64,000 nucleotides of DNA, taken from positions 1,922,001 through 1,986,000 of the forward strand of contig JANHCV010000006.1 in assembly GCA_025594325.1 (NCBI GenBank), in the 5' to 3' direction. The notes below the pieces were generated by a model. It ran no database searches and was not told the origin of the DNA. It saw only the letters and a list, made by a program, of their open reading frames with translations. Every line of letters begins with the position of its first letter. Position 1 is the first letter of the stretch. Positions 37,366 through 50,018 of this stretch are shown here, piece by piece. Both the position numbers and the translations under genes were made by a program. The DNA comes from Blastocladiella emersonii ATCC 22665 (lineage: Eukaryota > Fungi > Blastocladiomycota).

Positions 37366-37862
37366 CAGGTGCTGCTCGAGGCCGAGGAGCTCACGTCGCA
37401 GCCCGACTACGTCGACGACTCGCCCGCCGTCGAGAACGACATCACCATCACCGACGCGTCGTTCGAGTGGGACGAGGGCGCCACGCTCTTCGACCACGTC
37501 ACGCTCGCCATCCCCAAGGGCGCGCTCGTCGCTGTCTGCGGGCCGGTTGGCTGCGGCAAGACGGCCCTTCTCTCGGGCATCGTCGGCGAGATGAAGCGCA
37601 CGTCGGGCTCCGTCACCATCGCCGGCTCGCTGGCCTACTGCCCGCAGCAGGCGTGGATCCAGAACGCGACCGTCAAGGACAACATCCTGTTCGGCCGCGC
37701 CTTCGACGAGCAGCGGTACCAGCGCGCGATCCGCCTCGCGTGCCTCGAGCGCGACCTGCAGGAGTTCCCGAACGGCGACATGACCGAGCTCGGCGAGAAC
37801 GGCGTCGGCGCGTCCGGCGGCCAGAAGCAGCGCGTCAACATTGCTCGCGCCATCTACGCCGA
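37366..37862 (+). pseudogene. Isolated ABCC NBD1 fragment, inverted relative to 47417-47913
   Basis: GPVGCGKT (Walker A) through [17 protein letters not shown]. Positions 37459-37837 are identical by eye to 47820-47442, while the edges differ. There is no start codon and no TMD. Confidence 0.92.
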
Positions 37863-38995
37863 CGCGTCGCAGCTGCTCTTCGAGCGCGGCGAGCCGATCA
37901 ACCCCATCTTCGTTTCATACCCTGCGCACAAGCTAGGGGCATGGAACAGGGGGGCTCCCTCGCCGTCTTGACGCTCAACTTCCCGCGAGATCGACCGAAC
38001 TAGGCCGCAGCCAGTACGCTCATCGAGTACGACCTGTTGATCCAGACGCGATCCAACACGGTATCGCACCACATGCATGTCAAGGCCTCCGCTTGTCGAT
38101 ACGTCTGCTTCGCCCAAGGTAGCCAACAAGGGCGAGGACTCTTCCTTGCCAACCAGCACGCGATGCTTCGCGCCCTGTTCTTTTCGCGCCTTGTTCGTTT
38201 CCAATACAGTAGGGGACTTGTTTTGCGTTCATAGCACAGTCGCTCCGCGAATGGCCGCCATGAGGAGCCGTCGGCGTGGTGGCGAACGATGCGGGCCGAC
38301 GCGATGCGCCACGGAACGAGTCGCGGTCGTCAACCTGTGAGGCGCTGGTTCGCGGCGCGTCCGACTCCACGCGGGTCCATGGTCATGGCCACCGAGAGGC
38401 CGGAAAGTCGGAAACCGGTGCACCCTCGCGTCCATGACGGCAAAGCGGCCATGCAGGCGGCCATGGCCCGACTCGGGGTCGGGTTTTGAGCCACGGTGGC
38501 GCGGTGACAAGCCTCCCGACTCATGGCTAAGCCACTCGGACAGCGGCCGGCTCCGCCACACGGACAACATGTGTGACGGCGACCATGGCCATCAGCGCTC
38601 TTTCACCACTCATAACGTTGTGTGCGCTCCGTCGCCGATACCCGCTTCGCGGCGACCCATCCTCTCCGACTCGGTCCTACCACGCTCTACACACCACCTC
38701 CACCACCAGCGCTCGCCGTGGTGTCGCCGACGCAAGACCGCAGTTAGACGCTCACCCGTCGCTCTCGCACAGCCTGGCGCTGTCCTCTCTCATCCCCGCC
38801 ATCACCATTCCCTCGTCGGTGCAGCGTTGACGCTGTCCTCGACCGTGTGCCAACTCTCCCCTCGTCGGCAGTCAGTCGCAGCGATTGATACGCCCGACCC
38901 GGTCTGACCTCGACCACAACCGCAACACATCCAACCGTAATCGCAAGCAGGCCGGTCCTGCCGCATCATCCAACACCCCACCCAACTCGCCAAGC

Positions 38996-39477
38996 ATGGG
39001 CAAGGGCGGCTTTGCAGAGTGGGCTCAGTATCAGGGGCTCGGCGCAGGCGCCGCGCTCATCTGCGGAGGCCCACTGACCTTCTTCTACCCGCTGTGGTAC
39101 CTCGGACCCTTTGGGCTGTACGTGTCCTGACATGGTCACCCTCGACAGACACGCTCGAGTCGTTGACCCTCCCGTTGATGCCGTGTAGCATCCTCGGCGC
39201 CATCGTCTTGTTGCTCGAGTGGCCCGTGGCCGGGGTTCCTGGCGTGCTCGGGGCAGCGTACGCCAAGTACTGGGTCCGCGGTTTGCTGTACGTGCTGCTG
39301 TCGGGCCCGTGCTACCTGCAGGCGGCGCTCCTCAACGGCGGCATGTTCCTGTCGTGCTGCGGGTTGACGTACCTGTTCGCGCACTCGCAGGGCGAAGAGT
39401 ACAAGCCACCACGCGGGCGCGGCGGCGGCGGCGGCAAGGTGGCCCCGCCGCCGCGAGCGCAGGGCGAGAAGCGGTAG
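38996..39477 (+). CDS. CYBA: p22phox (cytochrome b-245 light chain)-like NADPH oxidase subunit, 136 aa, 2 exons
   Basis: Intron 39118-39188. The spliced MGKGGFAEWAQYQGLGAG..WYLGPFGLILGAIVLLLEWP..YWVRGLLYVLLSGP..GEEYKP aligns by eye with p22phox ([58 protein letters not shown]). The tail is Pro-rich. Confidence 0.8.
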
Positions 39478-39644
39478 CCGGCGTGGCGCGCCCTCCTCGT
39501 TCGTGCCGGCTGGCCGTGTGCGCGTCGTGTGGGTGCCAATAAGATATCACTTTTTGCTCAGCTGCTGGCGTGTCTCGGGCGGGACGGGGCGAGGGGGGAA
39601 ACGATCATGTTGAGGGCGAATGTGTACAGCGAGAAATCGGGCGG

Positions 39645-40058
39645 CTACTGCTCCATGGGGTCCGTGCCCAGCTTCTGGAACTCGGCGCTACATGACACGG
39701 GGATGCGGTCAGCGGGGAGGTATCGCGGCGGTCGAGACGCGGAGCACGCACCGCAGCTGGTTGGAGAAGTCGTCGGTGGTCTCGTCGTCGTCCCAGTTGT
39801 CCTCCCACGCGTGGATCTCCTCCTTGTTCTCGTCGGCCTCGTTCCAGTCTGTGGACGGGCACGGTGAGCGGCGGTGCATTGGATCGACGGGCGAGCGAAG
39901 GACGCCGGCATACCCTCGATGGGGAAGTCCTCGAACTCGTCGTCCTCCTCGAGGATGCCGAGCGACGGCAGGGCGGGCTTGCCATCGGCGGGCTGCGCGG
40001 CGGCGGGCGCCGGGGCGGCGGCCTTGGCGGGCTGGGCGAACGAGGCGTTGTTGCTCAT
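39645..40058 (-). CDS. SEM1: Sem1/DSS1 proteasome lid subunit, 3 exons
   Basis: [15 protein letters not shown] and [18 protein letters not shown] motifs. Introns are at 39849-39913 and 39688-39751. Confidence 0.95.
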   Translation of the reverse strand: MSNNASFAQPAKAAAPAPAAAQPADGKPALPSLGILEEDDEFEDFPIEGMPASFARPSIQCTAAHRARPQTGTRPTRTRRRSTRGRTTGTTTRPPTTSPTSCGACSASRPPRYLPADRIPVSCSAEFQKLGTDPMEQ

Positions 40059-40358
40059 TGCAGCGAGTGGGATGCGTGTGGTTGATGCGTAGCGTTCGTC
40101 GTTGCGGGTTGCGGGGGAGCGAGGCATAGGGTAGAGGCGAAGAAGCCGAGTCGCGTCGACGCGAGTGCGTCACGTTCACGCCGCCCACGCGATGTCCACA
40201 CTTTTGCGGGCGAGCGCGTCGCGCCCTCATCCTCCCCCCACCCCGCCTAGAGATCCTTCACGGAACCCATGCAACTCGGTGCATTGCGCACCCGCCCCAC
40301 GCATCTGCCTGCGCGCCGCGAGTGAGCCGCGAGAGAGCCCGCCCCCGCCCCCGCCACG

Positions 40359-43300
40359 ATGCCGTCCATCCTCAAGATCCGCGTCAACTGCGCGCGCGAC
40401 CTGCCCGTCATGGACCGGTCGTCGGAGCTCGCTGACGCCTACGCCGAGGTCCGCTTCGGCGACCTCGACCCGCAGCGCAGCGGCATCGCCCGCAAGACCC
40501 TCAACCCCGTCTGGAACGTCGACTTCCGCTTCGAGGTCGCCGACGACAGCATGCTGCAGAACGAGCCGCTCGAGATCCGCGTCCTCGACTACGACGCCAT
40601 CACCGCCAACGACGCCGTCGGCTCCGTCCTCATCGATCTCGACCCGCTGCTGCAGCTCGACTCGGGCGTCGACGACCGCGTCGCCCAGATCTCGGGCTGG
40701 TTCCCGCTCTACGACACTTTGCGCGGCATCCGCGGCGAGATCCACGTCCAGGTCCGCCTCCAGTTCTTTGGCGACGCCAACCCCTTCAAGGACTCGTCGG
40801 CCGGCGTGCAGGTCCGTAATTTATCGTTTCTCGCGCTGTATGACGAAAATTAACCCATCCTACCGCGCAGTTCTTCACCAGCACCCAGGTCCCCGCCTGC
40901 TTCTCGCTCGACGCCATGACCGGCTTCGTCGACGCCCTCGTCGTTGACGACGACCCGGAGTACTCGGTCTACGACAACTTCCGCACCCCTCGCTCCTCCA
41001 ACGAGGCCCGCCAGAAGCTCCTGTTCCGCCTCTCTGGCCAGCTGCGCCGCATGCTCGGCAAAAAGGCTCTCGAGATGCGCGCCAACGCCATTGTCGGCTT
41101 CAAGCAGTGCTTTGACCTCGAGAACCACAACAAGTCCATTGTCGGCCGCGCTATCGGCACCGCCTGCTTCGTCACCCCACTCGCCCGCGGCAACGCCGCC
41201 GCTGTTGCTCCCGCCAGTGATCCGCACGCGAGCACCTTCGCCGCCGCCTCGGCGGCCGCCGCGACCATGGAGCTCGACCCCAATACGGTCCGCGAGGAGC
41301 AGGAGAGTCTCGAGATCACCGCCGCCGAGACGCCCGCTTCCATGCAGCCGCAGCACCTCCTTCACCACCACCACCACTCGCAGTCGGCGACGGCGCGTCA
41401 TTCCGGCTACACGCGCCAGCGCAGCCACAGCGCGACGGGACTCACGCCCAACGCCGCCTCGGCGCTCGCCCATCGCACCTCGGCCTCGGGCATTGACCGC
41501 GGCCTGCCCACCGCCTTCTCGGACACGGTCGACTCGCGCCCGGCGCCCGGCGCCAACGGAGCCACCTACGATACTTCGGTCTCGACCAACGGCCTGCTCG
41601 GCAGCGGGCTCGTCCCGACTGGGCTCTCGTCGAACGGATCGCCCGCGGGCTCGCTCGCCATCGCCACGCAAACCGCTACCGCGTCTGCCTCAGCAACTGG
41701 ATCCGGCCACCACGTCGGCCCGCATCACGCGCCAGGCACCGTGCGCCCGTCCACGAGCGCGACCGCGTCCCACGACCTCGACTCGCCGTCGACGCCGACC
41801 CTCGGACCGCTGCGCCCGCTGCCGTCACCCACGCTCGGCGCCACCGCCAGCGGCGGCGGACCGCTCAGCCCAAAGTCGAGCGCCATGAACGCATCCGCCA
41901 GCGCCGCCGTCGCGCGGCGCGAAAGTCGGCGGCGCGGCCGGCGGCGTCGCGGGGATGTGGGGTGGCTCGAGCAGCCGGTCCAACTCACCACCATGATGGG
42001 TTTCCCGGGCCACAGCGTGGTGCGCGTCGGCGGCGTGGTCGGCGCCAAGAGCGTCAAGCTGCTGAGCGGGTGGGACGAGGCGCTCGCCCACACGCGCGAT
42101 CTGTGGTGGCAGGAGCTGCGCGAGGAGATCAAGGCCCACGCCAAGAACCTGCGCTGCTCGCACGTCCTTGGGTACCGCGAGACCACCAGCGTCCACGACG
42201 ACCTCGTCGTGCTGTCCGCCTCGGGCACCGCGGCCAACCTCGACCTCGAGCACGACTCGGTGCCCTGCCGCATCGCCCACGTCCCGTACCCGCGCGCGCC
42301 GACGCCGTTCCCCATGGGTTTCGCCGTCTGCGCCGGATGCCGCCGCCGCCACGTCCCGCAGCTCCTCATGGCGACTATCGACCCACCCGCCGACCTCCCC
42401 GTGGCTGGGCCCGGCACGCTCGTTGAGGCGCACGTGTACCGCGCCAAGAAGCGCAAGGACGGCGAGACCAACGCCGCCAACGTCTCGGACGCGATCCCGT
42501 TCGCCGAGTACGACCTGCACAAGCAGCTGCTCGGCCGCATGCGCGCGCTCGGGTGCAACGCCCTGTTCGGGCTCCAGGTGCAGCTCGCCATGGGCGATGA
42601 GTTTCTCGTGGCGGTCGCGACGGGCACCGCGTACCGTCTGCCGTTCCTGCCCTCGTTTGGCAACGCACCGGGCGATCTCGCTGGCGGACCCGCGGCAGCG
42701 TCGGGCGTCCCACCCGGGAGCGGCGACGATGACTCGTCTGACTCGGACGACGATTCGGTCGTGTCGGGCCTCAGCGGCGGGAACGCCGGTGCTACGGCAG
42801 CAGGAGGCCTGACAGCGGGCACCGCGGGCGTCGGGTACTCAACGTCGGCCGCCGCGCAGGGCTCCGAGTGCAACGCGGCGATCCTCGACGCCGAGGAAGC
42901 CATGGCGGGGATCGACCTCACGCCGGGCCTCCTATCGCCACAGCTCTACAACGGCGCACCACCAACTGCGCAGGTACCCGGTGGCGGCCCGCTGTTCCGG
43001 CACCAGCTCGTCCTCGCGGTGCGGCAAGTCACGCTCGGCCGACCCGCCGCCGGGTACGCGTACGGGGGCGGTCCGTCCGCAGGACTTCACGGCGCGGCAG
43101 CGGGCGGTGCGGGCGGTGCCAGTGGCGGACTCGGCGGCGGTGCGGGCGCCATCGGGACGCTCGGCGGCGTGTCGACGACGGACGCGTACCACCACCAGCT
43201 CGCGGCCGTCCTCCAGGCCATGTACACGCAGGTCGCGCTGCGGCAGGCGTTCCTGCACCCGGCGATCATTGCCGGTATCACGCACGACATCTCGGTCGTG

Positions 43301-44455
43301 TCGTCGACGCAGATCCAGGTGCGCATGGCGGGGATCGTCATGGGCCGGCTCGACGTGCCCGAGGATTGGGGCATCGACGTGGCCGCGGCGACGCGCGGCG
43401 CGCTCTCGCCATCGGCCGATGTCGCGGCGGCGGTGACGCAGTCGGGCGGGCTCGCGTCAACCAGCGGGTGGTGGGGCGAAGCCGCCGGCGGCGGGCGGCG
43501 GCAGCAGTCGTCGTCGAGCTGGGGCGATCCGGTTGGCGGAAGCTACGGCGGTGGGACCGCGCTCCTCTCGCCGCCGCCGCTCGAGCTGCCGGGCGCTGCT
43601 GGCGCCATGGGATCGACCGCTACGGGGCTCTCGTCGGCGCAGGTGCAGGCCATGGAGCAGCTGATCGACGAGGAGGTGGTGTTCGAGACGGACGAGAACG
43701 AGTGGGCCGGAAACGGCACGGGGGTGGTCCCGCGCGTCTCCAACGCGTCGAGCCACGCAGTGCGGCCACGGTCCCGGTCGCGCACCCTCGACACGGCGCT
43801 CCCGCCACCACTGCTCAGCCCGACACTCGCGCCCATGTCGACGGCGGGTCTCGCGAGCCAGTACCCGGGTCTCGCCGAGCTCATGGGCGGGATCGGCGGG
43901 ATGGGTTCGGCGCCGCCGGTTGAGATCACGCCGCTCGCAACGATCCCGCACACGCGCCCCACGGCGTACCTCGGCCGGCTCGCGCTGCATTTCGTCAAGG
44001 AGACGTCCGAGCACCACGCGCACCACCACGGTCACTACGGGCACCACCAGTACGGCACGCACCCGCACTACACGGGCGGGCCCATGGGCTCGTCGTCGCT
44101 CGCCAACCCGCTCGGGCTCGCGGCCGAGCCGTTCCCGACGGGCGACGACGACGACCACGAGTCGGACGGCATGGGCGCGTTCGTGCAGCTCGCGTGGACC
44201 GAGATCCTCGCTGTCGTCGCGGCACACGTCCAGGCCATGGGCGGTAACGCCCTCGTCGCGTTCCGCGTCGAACACTCGGGATTCCACGAAACCATCAAGA
44301 ACCAGGCGTACGCGCTCGTGTGCGTCTCGGGCGATGTGTGTCTCGTGAAACCCGCGGTATCGGCGGCCACGGCGGCGGCGGTGCCAAGGACCGGCGCGGC
44401 CGAGTCGATCTTCTCGCGCGAGTCCGTGGTCATGTCGCCGAACGGAAGGGATTGA
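40359..44455 (+). CDS. C2CD5: C2 domain-containing protein 5 (KIAA0528-like), 2 exons
   Basis: MPSILKIRVNCARDLPVMDRSSELADAYAEVRFG matches the C2CD5 N-terminus, followed by YDNFRTPRSSNEAR and WWQELREEIKAHA. The intron runs from about 40812 to 40870. Confidence 0.88.
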
Positions 44456-44819
44456 ACGACGTCGTTGTACTTGAAGCAGAAACTCATACACGGAGCATGG
44501 TCATTGCACTACGAACGGAGGACTTGGTTCTGCAAGGAAGCATGTCGACCGCGCTCACGTTCAGGGCAGGGAAGACGAGCAAGCCGAGCGAGGTCAGAGC
44601 ACCTCGCCCCCTTGGTCAGAGAGCAAGCCGAGCGAGATCAGCGATACGATCACGCTTGAGTGTGGCGCGTCGCGTCTCACGCATCGAGAACTCAGGTCGA
44701 TGCTCTAACACAAGGAAGATCGTTAATACAGGGCAAGGCGTATAATTTATCGAAACAAGGCAACAAAAATTCAAGACACACTCGCCCACGGCGCGAGCAG
44801 GATGGGGTATTGATTGCTT

Positions 44820-47800
44820 CTACAGCTCGAGGTCGAGGTCGAGCTTCTTCTCGACGGCGAGGCGGCGCAGCAGCGCGGCGTTGGCGGGGCCGGTCTCGTC
44901 GACGAGCGCCGTGAACAGCGACTCGGGGCACGACAGGAGCTCGGCGGGCGACGCGAGCTCGGCGACACGGCCGTGGTCGAGCACCAGGACATAGTCGTAG
45001 TCAATGATCGTATTGAGGCTACGGAATGAGGGGTTAGTTGCGATTCGGGAGCAGTTAACGAGTCGAAGCGAGCGTACCGATGGGCGATGGTGATGACCGT
45101 CGCGTGCACAAAGTCGCGGCGGATGGCCGTCTGGATCAGGCGGTCGCCCTCGACGTGCACGCTGGCCGTGGCCTCGTCCTATTCGTTGCGAAGGGAGGAA
45201 CGAGTGAGTAGCGCGGTCGAATCAAGTCAAAGAGAAGCGGACGCGTACCATGACCAGGACGTTGGCGCGGTGCACCATGGCGCGCGCGAGGCACAGGAGC
45301 TGGCGCTGGCCGACCGACAGGTTCTCGCCGCCCGTCGAGATGGGTGCGTCGAGCTTCTCGGGGAGCGTCTGGACGTAGTCGTAGAGACCGGCCGACTTGA
45401 GGCTACACACGCGACGGCGGGCACGCGAGTCAGACCGAGTTCTCGCGAGCCGCGCGATATGAAGAAGACGGACCAAGCCCAGATCTGCTCGTCGTCGGCG
45501 GAGCCCTCGCGGTCAATGTTGGACCGGATGGTGCCCGAGAACAGGACGGGCTCCTGCGGGATGATCTTCATGCGCTTGCGCAGGTCGTGCAGGCCGATCT
45601 TGGCAATGTCGACGCCGTCGATGATGATGGAGCCCTCCATGAGCTCGACGAGGCGGAACAGCGCGATGAGCGTCGTGGACTTGCCCGATCCCGTGCTAGT
45701 CGCGGGTCACGGCGGGAGGGTCAGTTCATGGCCGAGTCGAGCGAGCGAGCAGAGAAAAAGGCGTACCGGCCGACAATGGCGAGCTTGGAGCCCGCGGGGA
45801 TGGTGAACGACACGTCCTTGAGCACGGGGTCGAGGCCCTCGCGGTAGGCCATGGTCACGTTCTTGAACTCGATCTCGCCGTGCTCGGGCCACGACGCCGA
45901 CGGCGGCCGCACGTCCGTGACGAGCGGCGGCTCTTGGGGGATGCGATAGGCGATCTCCGACACGCGTTCGACCGAGTTAAGCTCGACTTCCGTTTGCGCG
46001 ACCTGGCGGACCATGAGGTTGAGGACGCCCGTGACCGACAGAGAGTAGCTGAGCGAGAGCGAGAGCGTGGCCACCGACGTCGAGCCGTTGGCGGCGGCCA
46101 TGACCGAGAAGACACCCGATGCGAGGACGAGGCAGGCGCCAATGGACTCGAGACGGATGCTGAGCCAGCGCGACGCGCACTGGAGCATCCAGAACGGCCG
46201 GTTGTTGAGGTCGATGAGGTCGCGGCTCGCCGTGAGGAAACGAGTCTCCTCGCGGTAGGCGCGAATCGTGGACAGGCCAGAGAGGGAGGAAGAAAAGAGG
46301 GAGAAGAGAGGAGACCGGGTGATGGAGTCGAGGCGCTTGATCTCGCGACTGGTCGCGCGGTACAGGAGCTGGATGAACCAGTACACGACGAGGAGCGGGA
46401 CGAGCGGGGCGGCGAAGATTGGGGTCGCCGAGATCATGAGGCCGAGCGTGGAGAGGGTCCCACCAATGGCGATGAGCAGCAGGCGGATGGCGTCGGGCAG
46501 CGTGTTGTCGCCCGACTCGGTGTCCTTGCTGAAGCGGTTGACGATCTGGCCGAGGGTGTGCGTGTCAAAGTAGGACATGGGCGAGCGGAGGACGCTGAAC
46601 ACGGCCTCGCGGTGAAGCGAACGAGATGCGCGAACGCCGGCGAAGGCGAACGTGGTGCCGAAGATGAGCGCCGTGAAGCACTGGCCGATACCGCCGCCAA
46701 AGTAGACGTAGAGGTACGTGTCGGTGGAGAGGCCGTACGAGTCCTGTGTCCAGTCCTTGAGCCACAGGTCGGTGAAGAGACGGGCACCGGTGTTGAGGGC
46801 GAGCAGCAGCATGATGACCAGAACGGTCCCGACGCCGCCCATGGCCTTGATGTACGCGACGATGACACCGGTCTCGACGGTGCCCGTGGCGCGCTCGTCC
46901 TCCTGCATGAGGGCGCCGGGCGCGGGCTTGGCCACGGCGACGGCCGCCGCCTCCTCGTCCTCGTCGGCCTCCTCGATGGCGGCGGCCGAGAGCATGGCCG
47001 ACGCGAGCGACCCGTTGGACATGCGCTTGATGGAGGCGACGAGCGACGCGTGCGACTCGCGACGACGTGCACGCTCGGCCTGGGCCTCGGCCAGCTTGGC
47101 GGCCGCCGCGGGGTCGGTGAAGGTCGAGACGGCCGACGACGCGTCCGAGTCCGTGTCGGCGCCACCAAACGTGCGCATCTGCTCGGCAAACTCGCCGTTG
47201 GCCTGCATGAGCTCCTCGTAGGTGCCGAACTCGGTAATGGTGCCGAGCTCCTTGAGGTAGATGACGTAGTCGCACTTGGGCACGTAGTGGAGCGCGTGCG
47301 TGACCAGGACGCGAGTCTTGCCCTTGAGGGCCTCGCAGATGGTGTTTTCGAAGACCTTCCGACCGATGTGGGCGTCTAGGGCAGAAATTTGATCATCCAG
47401 CAGATAGCTGTCGCAATCGGCGTAGATGGCGCGGGCGAGGCTGACGCGCTGCTTCTGGCCGCCGGACGCGCCGACGCCGTTCTCGCCGAGCTCGGTCATG
47501 TCGCCGTTCGGGAACTCCTGCAGGTCGCGCTCGAGGCACGCGAGGCGGATCGCGCGCTGGTACCGCTGCTCGTCGAAGGCGCGGCCGAACAGGATGTTGT
47601 CCTTGACGGTCGCGTTCTGGATCCACGCCTGCTGCGGGCAGTAGGCCAGCGAGCCGGCGATGGTGACGGAGCCCGACGTGCGCTTCATCTCGCCGACGAT
47701 GCCCGAGAGAAGGGCCGTCTTGCCGCAGCCAACCGGCCCGCAGACAGCGACGAGCGCGCCCTTGGGGATGGCGAGCGTGACGTGGTCGAAGAGCGTGGCG

Positions 47801-49321
47801 CCCTCGTCCCACTCGAACGAGGAGTCCGTGATGGTGATGGCGTTGGTGACGGCGGGCGAGTCGTCGACGTAGTCGGGCTGCGACGTGAGCTCCTCGGCCT
47901 CGAGCAGCGCCTGGATACGGCCGATGGCGACCTTGGCGTCGACCGAGAAGGCGATGATCATGGGCAGGACTATAGAGCGAGAATCCGTTGAGTTGTCAGT
48001 CGAAGATCACACCAACGATCACGGCTGGTGGCGACCGGCGGCGACCGCGACCACGACGCGTGATGGTGACCACGCGCGACCGCACGCTCGAGGCACACGC
48101 CACACACGAAAACCACGTTAACGTACACATGAGGGGAAGACGCAGCTGATTGAAGAGCGCCAGAGACGAGAAGACCACGGCGGGCGTGAGCGGGTTGCCC
48201 TGCCAGTAGTACACGGCGTACATGAGGATGGACGCGATCGAGGGCATGAGCGAGGCGAGGGCGTTGATGTTGGCGCGCCAGACGGCGAGGCGGCGCACGA
48301 GGCCGAGCTCGCGCTCGCGCAGCTCCATGACGGCGTCGGTGGCGAGCGACTCCCAGCCCATGAGCTTGAGCACCTTGGACGACTGCAGCATCTCGGTCAT
48401 GAGCCGCACGCGCTCGTCGGTCACGAGCTGCGACTGCTTGCGCACGCCCGTCAAGACCGTCATGACCTTGCCTTGGATGGGCATGAAGACAACCAGGAGC
48501 AAAAACCCGACGGCGACGGGCAGCCCGTCGAGCAGCCGGACCAGCAGCGCCAGCGTCACGGCGATCTGGATCGGCGCCGACCAGATCATGTGGAGGAACT
48601 GCAGCACGATCTCGAGGCGGTACACGTCGGAGGCGATGATGTTGGTGACTTTGCCCGGGTTGAAGGCGCCGGCGCGGGCGCGGGCCGACAGGCGGAGCGA
48701 TTTCGCGTACACGGCCGTCACCATGCCCGAGCGCAGGCGCATGCCGACCTTGGCGGCGATGACGAAGAGGATCGAGTTACAGAAGGTGGTGGCGAGCTGG
48801 AGGCCGAACATGGCGAGGACGAGCAGGTAGCCGTAGGACGCGTCGTGGCCCGAGCCGGGGAACTGGCGCGGGAACCGCAGGTGCAGGTCCTCGAGCGTGA
48901 AATACTCGAGCAGCGACTGCAGCACCGTCGGACTGTACACCTGGGCGGCGATGCCGAGGGCGTGCGGGATGGCGGCGAGCGCCCACGTCGTGCCGAAGAC
49001 GGTCCAGAGCATGCGGAGCAGCGACGCGGGCTTCCCGTCGGCGCGCGCCGTCTCGGCATTCCACCCGTCCTCGACGAGCTTGCCGTTGTGCTCGGCCGAC
49101 AGCTGGTCGTAGAGCTGGTACATGTCCGACTGCTCGAGCGGGGCGCGGTACCCGCGGCGGATCGTCGGCGTCATCCACGAGAAGAGCAGCCACGACAGCC
49201 AGTTGACGCGGCCCTCGGGGATGATCTTGGTGTCCTTGGGCGCCCGCTTGTCAACGGCGGGTGGCGCAGCCGTTGCCGGCGTGGCCGTGACCTTCTCGTC
49301 GATCTGGACGGTGGCGGCCAT
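44820..49321 (-). CDS. ABCC/MRP transporter without TMD0 (Yor1-like), TMD1-NBD1-TMD2-NBD2, 6 exons
   Basis: [46 protein letters not shown] and IAHRLNT. The first intron is 47970-48126, followed by four introns in NBD2. Confidence 0.95.
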
Positions 49322-50018
49322 GGCGAAGGTGGTGGCGGAGGTGATGGAGGGCGAACTGGTCGTGGCCGCGGTGCTTGACGATGTCGATGGGCGTGAAGGT
49401 GCAGGAGGAGCGACGACGACCACGAGCGCAGACCAAGTGGTAGAACTTGGTGGCGACGATGATCCAAAGAGCGCTGGGCGGCGGGAGAGCGAGGGCGGCC
49501 GCGGGTTCTTGTAGGCCGCGGGGGCGACGCCGTCCCTGACATCGGCGAAGGGTCAGAAACCCTCATGGCCGCAGGCGTGGTCGCGGCGACGCGGGAGGGT
49601 TACATCCGCGCGTGTGGCGGCGTGGCGCAATGGCCTGGACCCGCTTTGCCCACTGCCGCCCCGCTTGTTTGGCCGCGGGGCGCCGCCTTGGCGGGGAAGC
49701 GGCGGCGCCGCCGGCGCTGCGAGGGCGACCGGGCCTCCGCTTTGCCGAGCGGATACGCGGGCGCGGTCGCGCGCGCCTCGACCGCTTCTCCGCGTGGATC
49801 CGTCATCCACGGCCAGCCAGGTGGCGCACGCACTCCATCGCGAGCGGCGTCGCGAAAGATTCCATGGCGCGCACGGGAAGCATCGCGGGAGATGTCGCGA
49901 CAAGTTCTCCAAAGTCGGAGGCGATGATCCGGGTGGTGATCGCGGTCAGGTGCAGCCAGAGTAGCATGATATCATAGTGTATTAGTCGAGTGTAGCTAGA
50001 ACAGGGGGCAGGCTAGGG

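Noticed and set aside
37080-38620. Terminal inverted repeats (Pack-MULE/MITE) around the NBD1 fragment
   Set aside because: Only short, gapped similarities were found (AGCCAC..TCGGACA), with no target-site duplication.
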